This document shows, piece after piece, positions 36,601-50,982 of a DNA stretch of 64,000 nucleotides (positions are counted from its first letter, which is position 1; every line of letters begins with the position of its first letter). The notes beneath the pieces were generated by a model. It was not told where the DNA came from, did no database searches, and saw nothing but the letters and a program-made list of their open reading frames with translations. This stretch comes from Octopus sinensis (taxonomy: Eukaryota): positions 78,926,001 to 78,990,000 of the forward strand of contig NC_042998.1 in the NCBI RefSeq assembly GCF_006345805.1, given 5' to 3'. The translations under genes were made by a program, and so were the position numbers.

Positions 36601-39600
36601 AGGTTGTTGCCATATAATTCACAAGACTACAGAAACCTCTCACCTGAGAGGGACAATAGGAGCTTGAATGGTTGCTTTATATGATGTGTTGAGTGGTCAG
36701 TGTATGATAGGAGGAGTAAGAATGGTTCTAATGTTGGAGAGATTCATAGCTACTTTACATTTTACATAAATGGATAAAGGTGGCTGATGTCATGCCAATA
36801 TGATTGGGAGACACTTCTTAATCGCACAACCAGCCCTGCATATATACAGAAGTGTTTGTGTGTTGCCTTGTCTTGAAATCACTCGATTGTTGTAAATGAG
36901 CATCACCATTATACAAGAAATATTGTTCATTCCCAATCTTCCTTGAAAAACATGTCTTCCCACAAGAAAATATTACTTACTTGGAAACAGGTGTGGGTTG
37001 GCAACAGGAAGGGCATTTGGATGAAAAACTATGCCTCAATAATAAGTACTCATCTAACCATAGGAAGATGGCCATAAAACTGAATGGATGAAGAATACAT
37101 ATGTATGTATAAGCCATAGGTAAATCTTTTCATACATATTAGTATGTATGTTCATCTCATACACACATGCATGTATGTGTGTGATTTCATATATTTTAGT
37201 CAATATATAAAATAAGTATTATTTTATATTATAGAATAATTCCATAGATAAACATATTTTAGATATCTTCTTAAATATTAAATTACTGTGCTGTATGGTC
37301 TCACACAATTAATTTTACTTATTCTTAGGCTTACCAACTATGGATTACCAGTTAGCAGCACATATTTACATTTATATTGATCTGATTATCTGTAATTAAT
37401 GCATTAATTTGATTGGATAATGTGATAATGTAACAATTTAATATATATTCCTTAATTGTGCAACTTACTTAAGACACTGAGTATTTCTATCTGCATTGTT
37501 GTATTTATCTATAGATCAACCCCAATCCAGCCCACTTGTCATCAAAAGTGTTCCAGATATGATTATGTTGTTTATATTCCAGAAAAATATCAAGGAATAG
37601 TTTTGCAGTCTTTGATTTTTGCCCTAACATTACTGATGCTTTGCCACTTGCAGCACTGCAACACTCACAAAGCAAATGAATTCCTTATGTTCCTTCAAGT
37701 TTGCCATACTTGCTATATACACTACAACCTAATTTTCTGTTTTCAATAGTAAAACAGGTGATAATTTTTTAAAGCAAATTTCTTGTGTCCAGCAATTTGG
37801 AAGATCACATTTTTCAGTGTCTTTTGAAATGTCATCACCATACAAGGACAGCACTGAATGAACAATATGAATGAAACCATTATTTTAAAGTAATTTTGCT
37901 TTTTTAATGGCAGTCTTTTACAATATTTTAGTTTAATCATTTTCTCAGGGTTGTATCTCTCAAAATATATAGATACTAGATATATAATATAATAAAATGT
38001 GTAGAATATAATTTTCTAGTTGCATTGTTGCTAAGTAGAACCAGTAAAATATTCACGATTCACTTTTTAGTTTGAAAAACTATTGATGCTGCCTATTTCA
38101 TTTATGCCATGTCCATTCTAATCTTATCCAATGCAGACACCTAATCAAAAATGGTTATATCTTATTGGGAGAGACAATAGAAAAGCATTGAATTATGTAT
38201 TATGCTACCTAATTCAAACCAAATATAGCAATTTCTAATTAAGATCATGTAAACCCAGTCTAAATACTTAGCCACAGTCAGTTAAATATGCAATGTTAAG
38301 TTAGTCATACAACTACTATGCGAGTAATATCATCCTCACACAGAAGAACATCAATCAAGTAGGCCTAAAATGTTGACTAGGCGTAATTTATGTGGTGCAC
38401 CTACAGCTAAATGTATAACTGGCAAAAACTGCTTACTGGCAATTTGAAGCACATGCCAGATGTAGCATATCTGTCTGTGTGAGTTTAATTTTGAGTAATT
38501 AAAATCATAAACATTGCTATGGCTAAAATATACTGTACAGCCTTTTGTGAACCTGTGAAACAAGTCATACAACATTTTAATCATTTAATTCAGCCTTGAA
38601 TATTTGATATGTATGTGTGTGTGTGTCTGTGTAAGGAGGTAGGTAGGTAGGTAGGTAGGTAGGTGTGTGTGTGTTCATATCAATGGCCTTAAAATTCCCA
38701 TGGATCTCACTTCAACATATGAATTTAATATTCAGAACATCTCTTTCTTTTGATGAAGATCCATGTTAAAGGCTTCTTCACGCTTATCCTTTTGCAAGCA
38801 GAGCAACATTTGGGTTGTCAATGGTGCACAAGCAGAGTGTCACTTTGGTTATGTTAGCGATAGCTCCATGTAAAACATTCTTCTATTGGCTGATCACTGA
38901 ATGCTGAATGTTGATTTGTTGAAGCATCTCTAGAGGGTACCACTACATGCATTCCTGCAAGGTTTCTATGATTTACATGTCATTATGACATATATTTAAA
39001 ATGGTATATTTATAGATTTGAGCTATGATTGAAGAACCTGTCTCATCACCCCTACTATTCCAAATGAAGTTGCTGATACTGATGCACGTGTCATTTTTGG
39101 TTGGGTTGTGGTCTGCCAGAGGTTATGGCTTTGTGCCACCATAATTTTTTAATATTTTATGATTACTCAGCTAGCTCTACAATCAAAAATACATTCTATT
39201 ATTATTGATGGTAAATTTTTGTCTTATGTCTTTTTAAATTCTACAAAACAGTTGTCAAATTTGAATTTAATGATTATATGTAAAACACGAAAGTATATGA
39301 TATATATTTAATACAAAACCACATTAAGAATACAAATCAAAAACAATATTATTTAACCATATCAATTAATCATAAAATACAGATAGATATTTTAGTCCCC
39401 TTTCTCTCCCCCAATGCATGGAAGTACTGGTAATACTTGACTTGATTTGACTTCACATTTCTTGACCTGACTTCACATTTCTTTACTTTACTCTTCACAA
39501 TACCATTTAGTTGTTACTCCCTACCTCCAAACATCTAACCAGAAAGAATACTGATACACTCTTTTTCTGAATACTATACTGCAAAGTAATATTTACTTAG

Positions 39601-41089
39601 TATTTTATTATAAAATCTGAACTGAATAGACTATGCATGCATGACTAAAATATATAAACTAGTAAATTTTTCTTGATGTAAACTTGCAAACGGCTTATAA
39701 TGTTTCTTTAGAAGTCATTCAACATAGAAAAAAAAAAAATCCTGTAAACTGAAAAATAGGTATATGCAGTACACCTGTACACCCTTCTGATTCCCATTGC
39801 TAATATAAACATAGCCTATATACACACATGCACTCAGTTATGTGTTATTTACACATAGTCACTTGTACACAAGTACACATACACATATGTATGTGTAAAC
39901 GTGCACATACATGTATTTATTTATGCACATAAATAAATAATATAAATGTTTTTTTTATACATTTATACATTACATTTACATGAAATATAGTTACAGGCTC
40001 TGACTTTTCTGTACCACACATGTTGCTGTTGATGCCGTATTTTTTTCTTGAATGTTGATCTAATTCTAGTTAAATCTACTTTGTGTATGTGTGTGAAAGA
40101 GTAATGAGTTAAAAATATAGCTATCCATTCCAACCTACTTAAAATTAGGAGAGAGGAAGAGAGACAGTGTGTGCATGTGTATAAGAGAAGGGGAGAGAGA
40201 GAGAGAGAGAGAGAGAGAGGCGGGTAATGACAGTAAAATAGAACAAAATAATCTAATAAGTTGGTTAGAGTGACGGTGTAGGAGTATTGTTAGGTGGGTT
40301 GATGTAGAGCTGGTGGTGAGGCCCTATAACTGCTGAGTGATTGCATTTCTTACCAGTTTACCCCACCCTACCGACTGTGAAACCTCAGTAAGTAAACAGC
40401 ACCTCATAAACATACACAAAGATTACTTAACACTGCAACAGACTTGAACTAATCTCAACATCCGTATTGCAGACGTGTGCACTCACACACACACACATAC
40501 ACTTCTATCTTTTCTATCCTTTTTTACTCTGTATGCATGTGTTAGTGCAGTGTGTGTGTGTGTGTGTGTGCATGAAATTAAGTTTGTTCTTTTAAAGATT
40601 ATCAAGGACAGGAAGGTGTCATACTCTGTGACTGGTGTAGTAATTTCATTGTAAATGGCTTTAGAAATACCTTAGAGAGAGCATATTATGGCAGCATTAA
40701 AGTACTGGATCAGATTTCGAAGGCCATGGAGAGTGTCAGAGAACAGATGATCCATAACAGAGTGTAAACCTAGATACAGTTTGGCTTTGTTGTCATATGC
40801 AGTTTTCCTAAGTGTCAACTTAAAAATACTTGTTCTGAAAAACCCAACATCTAAGTGGCAGCTCTCTATCTTTTCCTCTGTAGTAACACATGCTCATTTT
40901 GGGAGGGGATATTTCTTATTTTAATAGCTGTCTCTTTTGTTGCTAAAAGCTTTTGGAGTAGTTGACCCGTGTAGCAGGTAGCTTGTCGAATTTTCATTTT
41001 TATTATTATAGAACTTTAATTTTAATTGCATTCTTTTGCCATTTTCAACACTACCTCCACCACCACCACCATCATCATTTTCATTTGTA

Positions 41090-41289
41090 CATTCATTGTT
41101 TTCATTCATCTTCAGTTGCAGTGTTTGACATGCTCATCATCTCCAGTGCTATTATCACCTTCAAATTTCTCATAATTATTCTTATTACCCATTCATTGTT
41201 TTCATTCATCTTCAGTTGCAGTGTTTGACATGCTCATCATCTCCAGTGCTATTATCACCTTCAAATTTCTCATAATTATTCTTATTACC
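41090..41289. repeat. Perfect 100-bp tandem duplication
   Basis: 41090-41189 is identical to 41190-41289. Confidence 0.95.
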
Positions 41290-41599
41290 ATCCTTATCAG
41301 TTTTGTCATTTACCATCATTACCATTCTCTTCTATTGTCTTCATTGTAAGCAGTCTTATCTTCAGTCATTGCCACCATCATCATCGTCTACATTTTCCTC
41401 AATATCCTTTAACAATCAATATTGGCCTTATATAAACACAAGTTGATAATTCTCTTGTGTTAACTTGTTGATAGTAGGCTTTTATTTCTCTTTCATTGGT
41501 CTGGTAATGATTTATTAGATAAGGTCCTGTTAATCTCCTAACTTCCTTATAGTTATCCCAAGGTATTCCTTTTAAGTAAAATATATCATTCCCATTTCA

Positions 41600-41822
41600 C
41601 CCTTTAGTATTCACATTATTCTGTCAAATATAATGTTTATTTATTCTCCTTGTTTTGAATTAATTTGCATTATCTTGTAGCTTTGAGAGTTTGATGCAGT
41701 AACTGTTAATTTTTAGAATGGTATTGTAAGGTTAGCGTGAGAGGCTAGATTTAGCCAGTTTGAACATAAATCAGGTGAACTGTTTTGGCCGGATATGGTC
41801 AGTTTAAATGCTAAAGGATTAA
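41600..41822 (-). mobile_element. piggyBac-like MITE (type 2)
   Basis: ccctttag ... ctaaagga|ttaa; reverse-complement homolog of 42111-42326. Confidence 0.7.
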
Positions 41823-41886
41823 ACCCTTGTCACACTTAATGGACAGAAACCACTTTTGGTTTTATGCTAGAAAATCATCATCTTAA

Positions 41887-42106
41887 CCCTTTCGTTACCA
41901 ACCCGGCTGAAACCGGCTCTGGCTCTGAATACAAATGTCTTGTTTTCATAAGTTTTGAATTAAAATCTTCCACTAAACCTTAGCCACAATTTATGTTCCT
42001 AACACTAGCTGAATGATAACTAAGTTATTTTACTAAATTCTTTGTTTTATTTAAAGTAATTGAAAGAAACACAGAGCATCTCAAAATATATACAGTAACA
42101 AAAGGG
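41887..42106. mobile_element. piggyBac-like MITE (type 1) with TTAA TSD
   Basis: TTAA|ccctttcgttac ... gtaacaaaaggg|TTAA. Confidence 0.85.
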
Positions 42107-42110
42107 TTAA

Positions 42111-42326
42111 AGCATTTAAACTGGCCATATCCAGCCAAAAGTATTCTGCCTGTTTTATGTTCAAACTGGCCAGATCTGGTCTCTCACACCAACCCTACAA
42201 TATCGTTTTAAAAATTAACAGCTACCTCACCAAAATCTCATAGCTACAAGATAATGCATGATTAGTTCAAAACAATGTGGATAAAAAAAGCATTAATTTT
42301 GGCAGAATAATGCAAATACTAAAGGG
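42111..42326 (+). mobile_element. piggyBac-like MITE (type 2), left TIR damaged
   Basis: agcatttaaactggccatatcc ... actaaaggg|TTAA. Confidence 0.75.
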
Positions 42327-42504
42327 TTAAATAAGAATATTCCATCATAATTTTATCAAAGATCCATTTGTTATGTTCCAAACACCAGCTTCATATACAC
42401 CAAAAGTGAAGGTTTAGTTATTGTTACATTTGCCTGTAAGTACACTCACTAATTGTTGTTCACTTAGTTTTCAGTTTTATCCCCAACAAGTTTCATCTCA
42501 CTTT

Positions 42505-42752
42505 CGTGGCTTAGTGGTTAGGGTGTCAGCATCATGATTGTAAGATTGTGGTTTCGATTCCTGGATCAGGCAACACATTGTGTTCTTGAGCAAAACATTT
42601 CATTTCATGTTGCTCCAGTCTACTCAGCTGGCAAAAATGAGTAACACTGTGATGGACTGGTGTCCCGTCCAGCTGGGGAACACATATGCCATAGAAACTG
42701 GGAAACCGGGCCCATGAGCCTGGCTAGGCTTTAAAAGGGCGCATTTATTTTA
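42505..42752 (+). mobile_element. CORE-type SINE family B
   Basis: tggcttagtggttaggg (A box), ggtttcgattcc (B box), CORE-like body; homologous to 61769-61985. Confidence 0.88.
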
Positions 42753-44454
42753 TTTTTTCATTTTCCTTCTACTAATATAAGCATCCAAGGTAAGGATATC
42801 TACTTTAAGGATATCTTCTTCACTCTCCCCCATCAGTCATAGAATTCTTGTCATGTCATAGGCATGGCACTTATCTCCTGACTAAAATTTTTTTTTTCCT
42901 TTTTTAAATCATCATGGCATATTAACAAACAATTCTTCTGTTGCAGAGGATCTATGGCACAAAAGCAGCTGATCTATCAGAGCCTTCATTGAGCACCCTA
43001 GAATTAATCATTCAGTTTTTGTTGTTGTGGAGTGAGAGTGCTCTCTTCAAATGTTTAAGACTAAAAACATGTGATTAAAATATTTTAGAGATTAGTAAAA
43101 AATATATTTTGTGAAGCAAGTACTTTTACATAGAAATAATGTCGCCACTAATTATAATGAATAAGGTTTTGGTGATGATAATAGTGATAGTAGTGTGGAC
43201 AGTGGAAGCTGGGGGAGAATAACGAGTAACTGATCATAGCAACAACATTTGGCTTGAAACAAGGATGATGATGGGGGAGCTTTTATCGAATTTATTCAGC
43301 TGAAGGGGGGAGAAAGAAAAATTGATGAGCTTGGTTTCAATTTTTCTTTGCTCATTTGTTTCCAAATGAAGTTTATCAGAAGTCTTGACCTCTGTTCAGA
43401 CAACTTCCATTTTTATCTCTCAGTTTTATTGTCTGCATGTTAGTCTCACTCCTCTCTCTCTCTCTCCCTCTCTTTCCTTTTTTCCATGCTCTTTCATTTT
43501 CCTCTTTTTCTCTCCATCATGCTTTCTTTCATTGCTTGTTTTTTTTGGTTTTTTTGGGGGGAATTTAATTATATTTTTACAAATGTGAACATTTAAAGTT
43601 ATTGTCACAAATTACACACATGCGAAATTGTTTTGAATGTTGATATCTGAGTATCTCACTGTGCGTGCATATATCTAAGCATATACTGAGTGTTTGTATC
43701 TAAGTGTATCTGTGTATGGGTGTGGGTATGTCTAAATGTGTATGGGGCAGGCTTTATTTAGATGCTGGTTTGGCCAAAGGGTTAAGAATATCATTTCACA
43801 GCTTTGAGGGCCTGAGTTCAAGCCCACTGCACAGCATTTTAAGTAAGTGGCTTTTACAATAGCTTTGGGTTGAACCAAGCTTTGTAAATGAAATTGAGTC
43901 AATGGAAGCTGTTGGAAAGTCTTTAGAAGGACTATAACCATAATTCAGAGACTTGGCCTTGTCACTTAGTCATGCTGGTTATCATTGAGACTTACATGAA
44001 GGGTGCATGTTTTTGAGAAATATTCAGTCATTTACCCGTTAACTCAATAGAGCGATTGGCAGTGGAAGGGGCATCCAACCACAAAAACCATTCCAAAATA
44101 GATGGAGTTTAATCCAGTCCCCTAGCTTGCAAGCTCCTGTCAAACTGTCCAAACCATGCCAGCATGGAAGACAGGCGTTAAGTAATGATAGTAATGATGA
44201 ATATGCCATTCCATTTATCAGACAAGTGGAATACTTAACAAAGGTTAAGGTAGGTGCACTTACATTACAAAAATGTATGTATATATGTATGTATGTATGT
44301 ATAAAACTCAGTGTACTCTCATCTAACTCATGCATGTATGGAAAAGTGGATATGATGATGATGCATATAAAAGTGTGTTTATATATATATATGCACACAC
44401 ATAGAAATAAACACTTTTATAAATAAGCATATATAATATAATAATAAATTATAT

Positions 44455-44498
<44 letters not shown>

Positions 44499-44502
<4 letters not shown>

Positions 44503-44823
44503 TATATAGGTACACGACATCACCAGCAGTGCAAATAACATGAAATATGTGAACAATGAGAAAAAATGGAAAACAGGACATGTAAACACACAGAAAAGAC
44601 TCTTCATCAGTTGTCGGTTGTCTACCTACTCCTCATTTCGAGCATTCAACAACTGCTCGAAATGAGGAGGAGTAGATAAACAGTCAACAACTAATGAAGG
44701 GTCTTTTCTCTGTGTTTACTTGTTCTGTTTCCCATTTTTTCTCATTCTTCACGTATTTCACTCATTTGTTTACATATTTCATGTTATTTGCATTGCTGGT
44801 GACGTCCAGTACCCATATATGCA
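44499..44823. mobile_element. Fold-back (palindromic) element embedded in (TA)n, probably an inverted Penelope-like terminal repeat
   Basis: Left and right arms are reverse complements around about 44650 (ctcctcatttcgagca / tgctcgaaatgaggag). Confidence 0.7.
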
Positions 44824-44831
44824 AGTATATA

Positions 44832-44863
<32 letters not shown>

Positions 44864-45149
44864 AGTTATAAATAAGGGCAAACGAAAAAATTTATAATTT
44901 TGTTTGCCCTTATTTATAAGTTGTTTATAATTTTAATCTTTAAAGGTATTTTTTAATATGCTGGCCATTGATAAATTTTTTTTTTTCAGAAAAAATTTTT
45001 TATCCTACATTAAATTTATATATATATATTATATTATTTATTATTATTTAATTGAACGTGATGTCCATTTCCAAGTAAGTTTATCTTCACATATATAATG
45101 TGTGTGTGTGTGTGTGTGTGTGAAAATTACAAAAGAATTATAACTTGAT

Positions 45150-45620
45150 TTGTTAGAAAGAGTGAGTTTGACTAGATAAGATGCAGCTTTGTTTTCTCTC
45201 AGGGCAAGTACTACAACTAGTCTCTTTGAAGTGAAACAACTGCAAAAGTACTTAACAAAAAGTAAGCTACTGTACTTAGCATTCATCGACCTAGAGAAAG
45301 CTTTTGACAGGAGGGGTCCCTCGCTCTGTGATTTGGTGGTTGTTGCAGAAGCTAGTGGCATACAAATATCTTGTGTCATACAGATGTGCTTCCAATAAGT
45401 TGTATAGCAATGAATCTAGTGTACATGGAGGTGTTCACCAGGGTTCAATTCTCAGAGACCTCCAGGCCATAACAGTGGAGTTTTAAAGCTGGTAAGTTCC
45501 TTTATACTGATGACCTCATTCCTATGACTGAATCTGTAGTAGAATTAGAACAGAAATTTCAGTTATAGAAGCAAAGTATGGAATCAAAAGGCCTCAAAGT
45601 TTTAGTAAGTAGGAAAACAG
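45150..45620 (+). mobile_element. RTE LINE RT fragment
   Basis: LYLAFIDLEKAFDR, GVHQGSIL, LYTDDL. Confidence 0.88.
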
Positions 45621-46199
45621 AGCTCTGCTCCACCCTGATTATTTTCACCTACTTTTGTTTTTGTTAACATTAGGTACAGTATTTTCTAATCATATAACAA
45701 GGGATGTTTAAAAAGACCCTATTTATCTGTATAGTGTTTGTTTTAACATTGTTAACATTAGATTTGAAATGTATTTCAGTATTATATTAAATGAGGCAAA
45801 TGTGAGTTGTCACTGTTGTGGAATAACATTTTTTAGTTGAGAATTGAATATTTTAGTACAACTTCTAATTCCAGCATACTAGTTATGCAGATACGGCTGG
45901 ACTCCAATATTTGATTTGTGTCCTAGGTGTGTGGTCAAGTAGCTGTTATCATCGGCATGCTGTTATAAACTTCAGTTCTTAATATAAGAAGTTTTTTCTT
46001 TTTTTTTTTTAAATTTTAAATAATTTGTCAAAAAGAGATTTAGATGTAAATCATACAAAAGGCCTCAATATCATGCAATAACAATGATTATAGAGATGAA
46101 ACTTACTTGGAAAAGTATGCATGGTGTTCGATCATATAATAATATAAATAATATATAAATATATGTATATATGTACATACCTACATATATATGTGTATA

Positions 46200-46470
46200 T
46201 ACATGCATATATGGGTACAGGACATCATAAAAACGTAGACAAAATGAGAAACGAAAACATAAAAAACATAGAAACAAAGTTGCATCTTGTCCTTACCTTC
46301 GAAATGCGGAGTAGATAAAACAAGGGACAACTGATGAAGGAAATGTTCTCTATGTTGCATGTCTCGTTTCTCTGTTTGTTTTTTCGTGTTCGGGAAACGT
46401 TCGTTTTCTATGTTTTTGTTTCTCATTTTGTTTACATTTGTTTTATGTCCTGTATCCATAGATGCATGTA
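46200..46470. mobile_element. Fold-back element in (TA)n, related to 44499-44823
   Basis: tgcatatatgggtacaggaca ... tgtcctgtatccatagatgca; shares tcgaaatg.ggagtagataaa..caactgatgaagg. Confidence 0.7.
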
Positions 46471-48034
46471 TGTATATATATATATATATATATATCATCA
46501 TCATCATCATGATATATATATATATATAAAATATTAGGGAATAAATCCAAACTTACAGGGAAAAATCAGATTTAGGATTAAATCCAATTTTATAGTAAAA
46601 TATATTATGTTATATTATATTAAATTAGAGATAAAACCACTATTAGGCAAATCAAACAATGAAAAACATAAGCCAATACATAAAATTAATTAATTTATAT
46701 TATTTTAAATATATATCAAAAGTATTAAAAGTTTAATAAAAGATAAAAGGTGTGTACATATCTGTATGTATATATGCATATATTTATATATTGCTTGTAT
46801 TATAGAGATGCTTGAATAGTTATTAATAGTAATTTGTTTTGTAGTATGATACCACAGAGTATTGCTGCTGATGAATGATCAGTTTATGGTAAGCATGGTG
46901 CTACTGCAATCTAGGTAAACAGTTTTGTCTTGAAATTTCTAACTGCAGTTGTTAGATTGAAAGCAATGCATTACATTCATTGATTGCTTAAATCACACCT
47001 GTAATATTCCTTAGACTTATACTTCTTTTTCTTTTTGATATTTGTGTTTTATGACAGATGATTAGAGAAACTTTATCTATAGGAGTGTTGCATGTTGCGT
47101 TATTTATATAATTCTCTTAGGGTTTCACTCCTCTATCTTATATGTAGCATGCATGAAATAATAAATCACATGGATGCTGTCTTTAGCTTTGATGGTTGGA
47201 AAGATGGTCTTGTCATAATGATTTGCATTGAAATATTTTCCTAGTGATCATTCTGCCCAATCATCACTATCTTCCTCATGATGGCCAACCAAGTAACAAT
47301 ATGAAAATTATATTAGAAATATCTTAATAGATAAGATTATATGAGTTTGAAATTGATGAACCAAATATTTTAAAATGCAGATTTTGATGGAAATAATATT
47401 TTTAAAAAAAAAGAACAAAAGATATTCCTAAGTAAATATTAAATATTACAAATGAAATATATAAAGATATAAGAAATATGTATTTTTGATAAATTAAAAT
47501 CTGCTCATGTTGGCATAGTATAATTGTTATTTTATTTATTTATCTATTTTTCTTCTAACAAATTATTCTAATTGAATGTTTGTAAAATTTAATCACTAGC
47601 TTTTTCTTGCTCACTCAATTAAACAATAAGAGCAAGATAACTCTCTTGCAGTGTTCCATTTCTTGTTTAATGCTTCTGGTATTTTCTTCAGAAAACTAAG
47701 AAATGGGAAGAAGTGGTGAAATCTGATTTAAATGGCACTAGACCTCTTTGATGCCAGTATCATGGCAGCTGAGAAGAACAGAGTCTTGAAATAGTTTTAC
47801 TGTTTAGCACCAGGTCAAGTTTGACATCCAACAAACATTTAGTTTTTGTTTGCTCACCTGACTTGTGCTTTCCACAGCAGTGTGTAAATGCTTGGCAGAT
47901 CAATTCCAGAGAGGATTTCTGTGTCTGGGATTCTTGTCTTGCTAGGTGATTTCCAACAGCTTTTTCAGGCACTCCATGTGGAATAAGTTTAGATTTTTGG
48001 TATGACATTCGTAAACCATCCTTGTTTAAATGCC

Positions 48035-48472
48035 TGACACACAATGCCTCAAGAGACTGGCAGAGTGCAAGTACATGCAAGGTGGACAAGAAAAAGTACT
48101 TCAAGGACACACTCAAAGGCTCACTGAAGGACTTTGAGACCAACCCCAACGCCTGTGAAACAGAAGCACAAGACCACCCTGTCTGGCTAAGATGCATCTC
48201 AAGAGGTGCCACTTCCTAGAAAACAGAACAAACAGAGATGCCACAAACAGAGGTGCCACTTCCTACAAACAGGATTTCAGAGGCACAAAGAAAATACGAA
48301 CTATGAAAGTCCAAAGCCAACTCCTTCAGTCCCAACAGATCACAGTGCTCAACCTGCGGTAGAGCCTTCCAATTATACACTGGACTGATTGGCCACAGCC
48401 AAACACACCATACTCTGTCTTCTTCTTTCATGTGGTGTCCTTGGACATCATCAACAACAATGGAAAAACTAA
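48035..48472 (+). mobile_element. RTE (BovB-like) LINE 3' end with terminal zinc finger
   Basis: KKYFKDTLKGSLKDF ... AQDHPVW ... CSTCGRAF..TGLIGHSQTH. Confidence 0.8.
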
Positions 48473-50982
48473 TAAGTTCTTTAGTTTGTTAATGTCATCG
48501 TTAGAGTCATCTTTCCTGTCTTCATCCCACTTTTGTGGGGTGTCTGAGACTGCATTGTTTAATGTATCTCTTCCTTATTCAAGATGGTGGAATGTAGTTT
48601 GTTGGAGAATGAGTTGCTATTTCTAACAGGTTGAGGTACTGAGACACTTTCATTGGCGGTGTCAATTCTAACAGTGGCACTGAAGATAATGATTACTTCT
48701 GTCACTAAATGTATAATCAGGACCCTCAAGATTGGCTTTGATCTTCTAGACCACTAGACCTGGTGATACATGTAAGTTCTGTTGGTAGACCTGTCTTTGT
48801 AGTTAAAAAGTTTGTTTTACAACCATGTGATTTCAATCCTACTGTGGATTACTTTGAGATCAATCTAGCAGATGGAAAGTGTGGAAGCTTCTCTGTGTGT
48901 GTGTGTGTGCATGCGAGAATGAGTGTGTGCAGTTTTTATTTGTTTCAGTCACAGTCTCTCCTTTGTCAATCTCAGCGATAGAAATGCACTAGGCTTGTGA
49001 ATGGTCCACTGGAAACCCATAACAATGTTAAAAAATGCATCACTTACAGAAAAAAAATTTATGATGCTAGATTGGAGCCCTGATGTGCTGAGAACATGTA
49101 GAGAAACTTTAGACACTTGATATACATATCTGCTGGCGATTAAATGTTAGTGCAGTACATGGAAAAATAGGAAACCTTGACTTGTACTATTACATATCAT
49201 ATGTAACATCAAGTGTATCTCTTTGTGGTCATTTGATCTGTGAGCTGTAGCAAGCAGCCAAATCGCATCATAACATCTTAAACAAGAAAAGGCTGCAATA
49301 GATAATGCTGTCCTACATAAACCTAAAATGACTTATGATCATAGCTGGAATGCCTTTGATCACAGGTCTGTTCGATCAAGGTTGACGTGTAGTGAAACAA
49401 CAGCAACAACAACACATAAGCCTTGGTAAATGTTGAATTGAACATTTATCTTTCCAATGACAAACAAACACACACGCACGCATGAAGTAAATAAAAAAAA
49501 AGGAAAACTGCAATCTCTGAAGGAGGCTGTCAGTTTTATTGTTCTGTGCAAGTATGCATCGGGGAAAGAAGAAAAATTTGAATTTGGTAAAAAGTTTGAT
49601 GATAATTGTGGTGGTCTTTGTAATCATTCTGACAATATCAGATACTTCTGACACTGTCAAGAGTTGGAACAAGTCTGTCACACTTCTTTAGGCCTGTCCA
49701 CTCCTTATGAACTCAATGCAAACTGCAGATGTCAGTAAGAGAGGGAAAAAAAAATGGATGGGTGGATTAACAAAAGAGGGTTGAAAAGGTGGTGGTAGCA
49801 TTGACAATAAGGGATAAAATTACAATGAAATAATATATATATATGTAAGATTCATGGAATTCATGCAAGCACAGAGAATAATATAGAAAACGGTAATGGT
49901 AGTAAAGTGATAAAGATAGATGTCACAGAGATGGTGAAAGTGGTGATTATGATTGCTATAAAGGTGATTATTGTTATGATGTTGGTTGTTGTCATAGTAG
50001 TGGTGTATCAGTGGCAATAATGAAGATCTGATAATCATTATTGTGGTGGTGGTGGTGACTATAACAAACAACTGTGGTGGTAAATGGAAAACCTTACATT
50101 TTTCAACAATGGACAAGCAAAAATGATTCTTGTTTATTTTGTTGTTCTTGTTTATATTTTTTTTTTTTTAGATACTGAAATCAGACAAACTATTTAAACT
50201 TCCACATTTTGGCTCTAAAACTGGTAACTGCAATAACAACAACTACAACAACAACCAGAGATACTTTTCTGGTTACTCAGTCAGTGCTTGTGTATTTATT
50301 TATGGTAGTACGTGGCTGTATATATTGTTAACCGAGGTTGTGTATTTATGCGTATATCCATGTATGTGTGTGAGTGCTTGTGGCTTCAGACATGTGTGCA
50401 TCTGTACAGTTGTAAATGCATGGGTGTGCATATTTTTGTGCATGATACTATGCATAAGCATCTGTATATCTCTATCGCTGTCCTGATTTTTTTTTTATCT
50501 ATAGTTTTTTTTTTCTCTTTTCAATGTGCACGTATCTATTTATATAAATGTATAATATATGAATACATAGGTGCATATATTCTATATCCATGTAAATCTA
50601 TTTATAAATATTTAGATTTGTATATCTAAATAATTGTGTGTAAAGTGTTTTTTTTTGTGTGTGTGTGTGTGTGTCTACATTTTGTATACAAATACATAAT
50701 GTATAAAATATCTAATTAAATGTATGTATATACTTCTGTACATATTCATATATGTGTGTATACACACATGAAGGTATAACATATACACATAATTAAGTGA
50801 AATGAAATATACTTTAAACATGCACACACACACACACACATGTAATCGTGTGTGTGTGTGTGCATGTTTACTGCCTGAAGAAGTATAACTTGCAAAAACT
50901 AACTGTTAGTTGGCACCAGCAATTAAAATATACTCTACAACATGTATTGAGTACATTTTCTTTTATTTCGTTACCAATCTAA

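Noticed and set aside
37500-37930. Possible hAT-like N-terminal remnant on the minus strand (KLGC motif)
   Set aside because: Too degenerate to call.
47760-48212. 150-aa minus-strand ORF
   Set aside because: Partly antisense to an RTE remnant; no recognisable domain.
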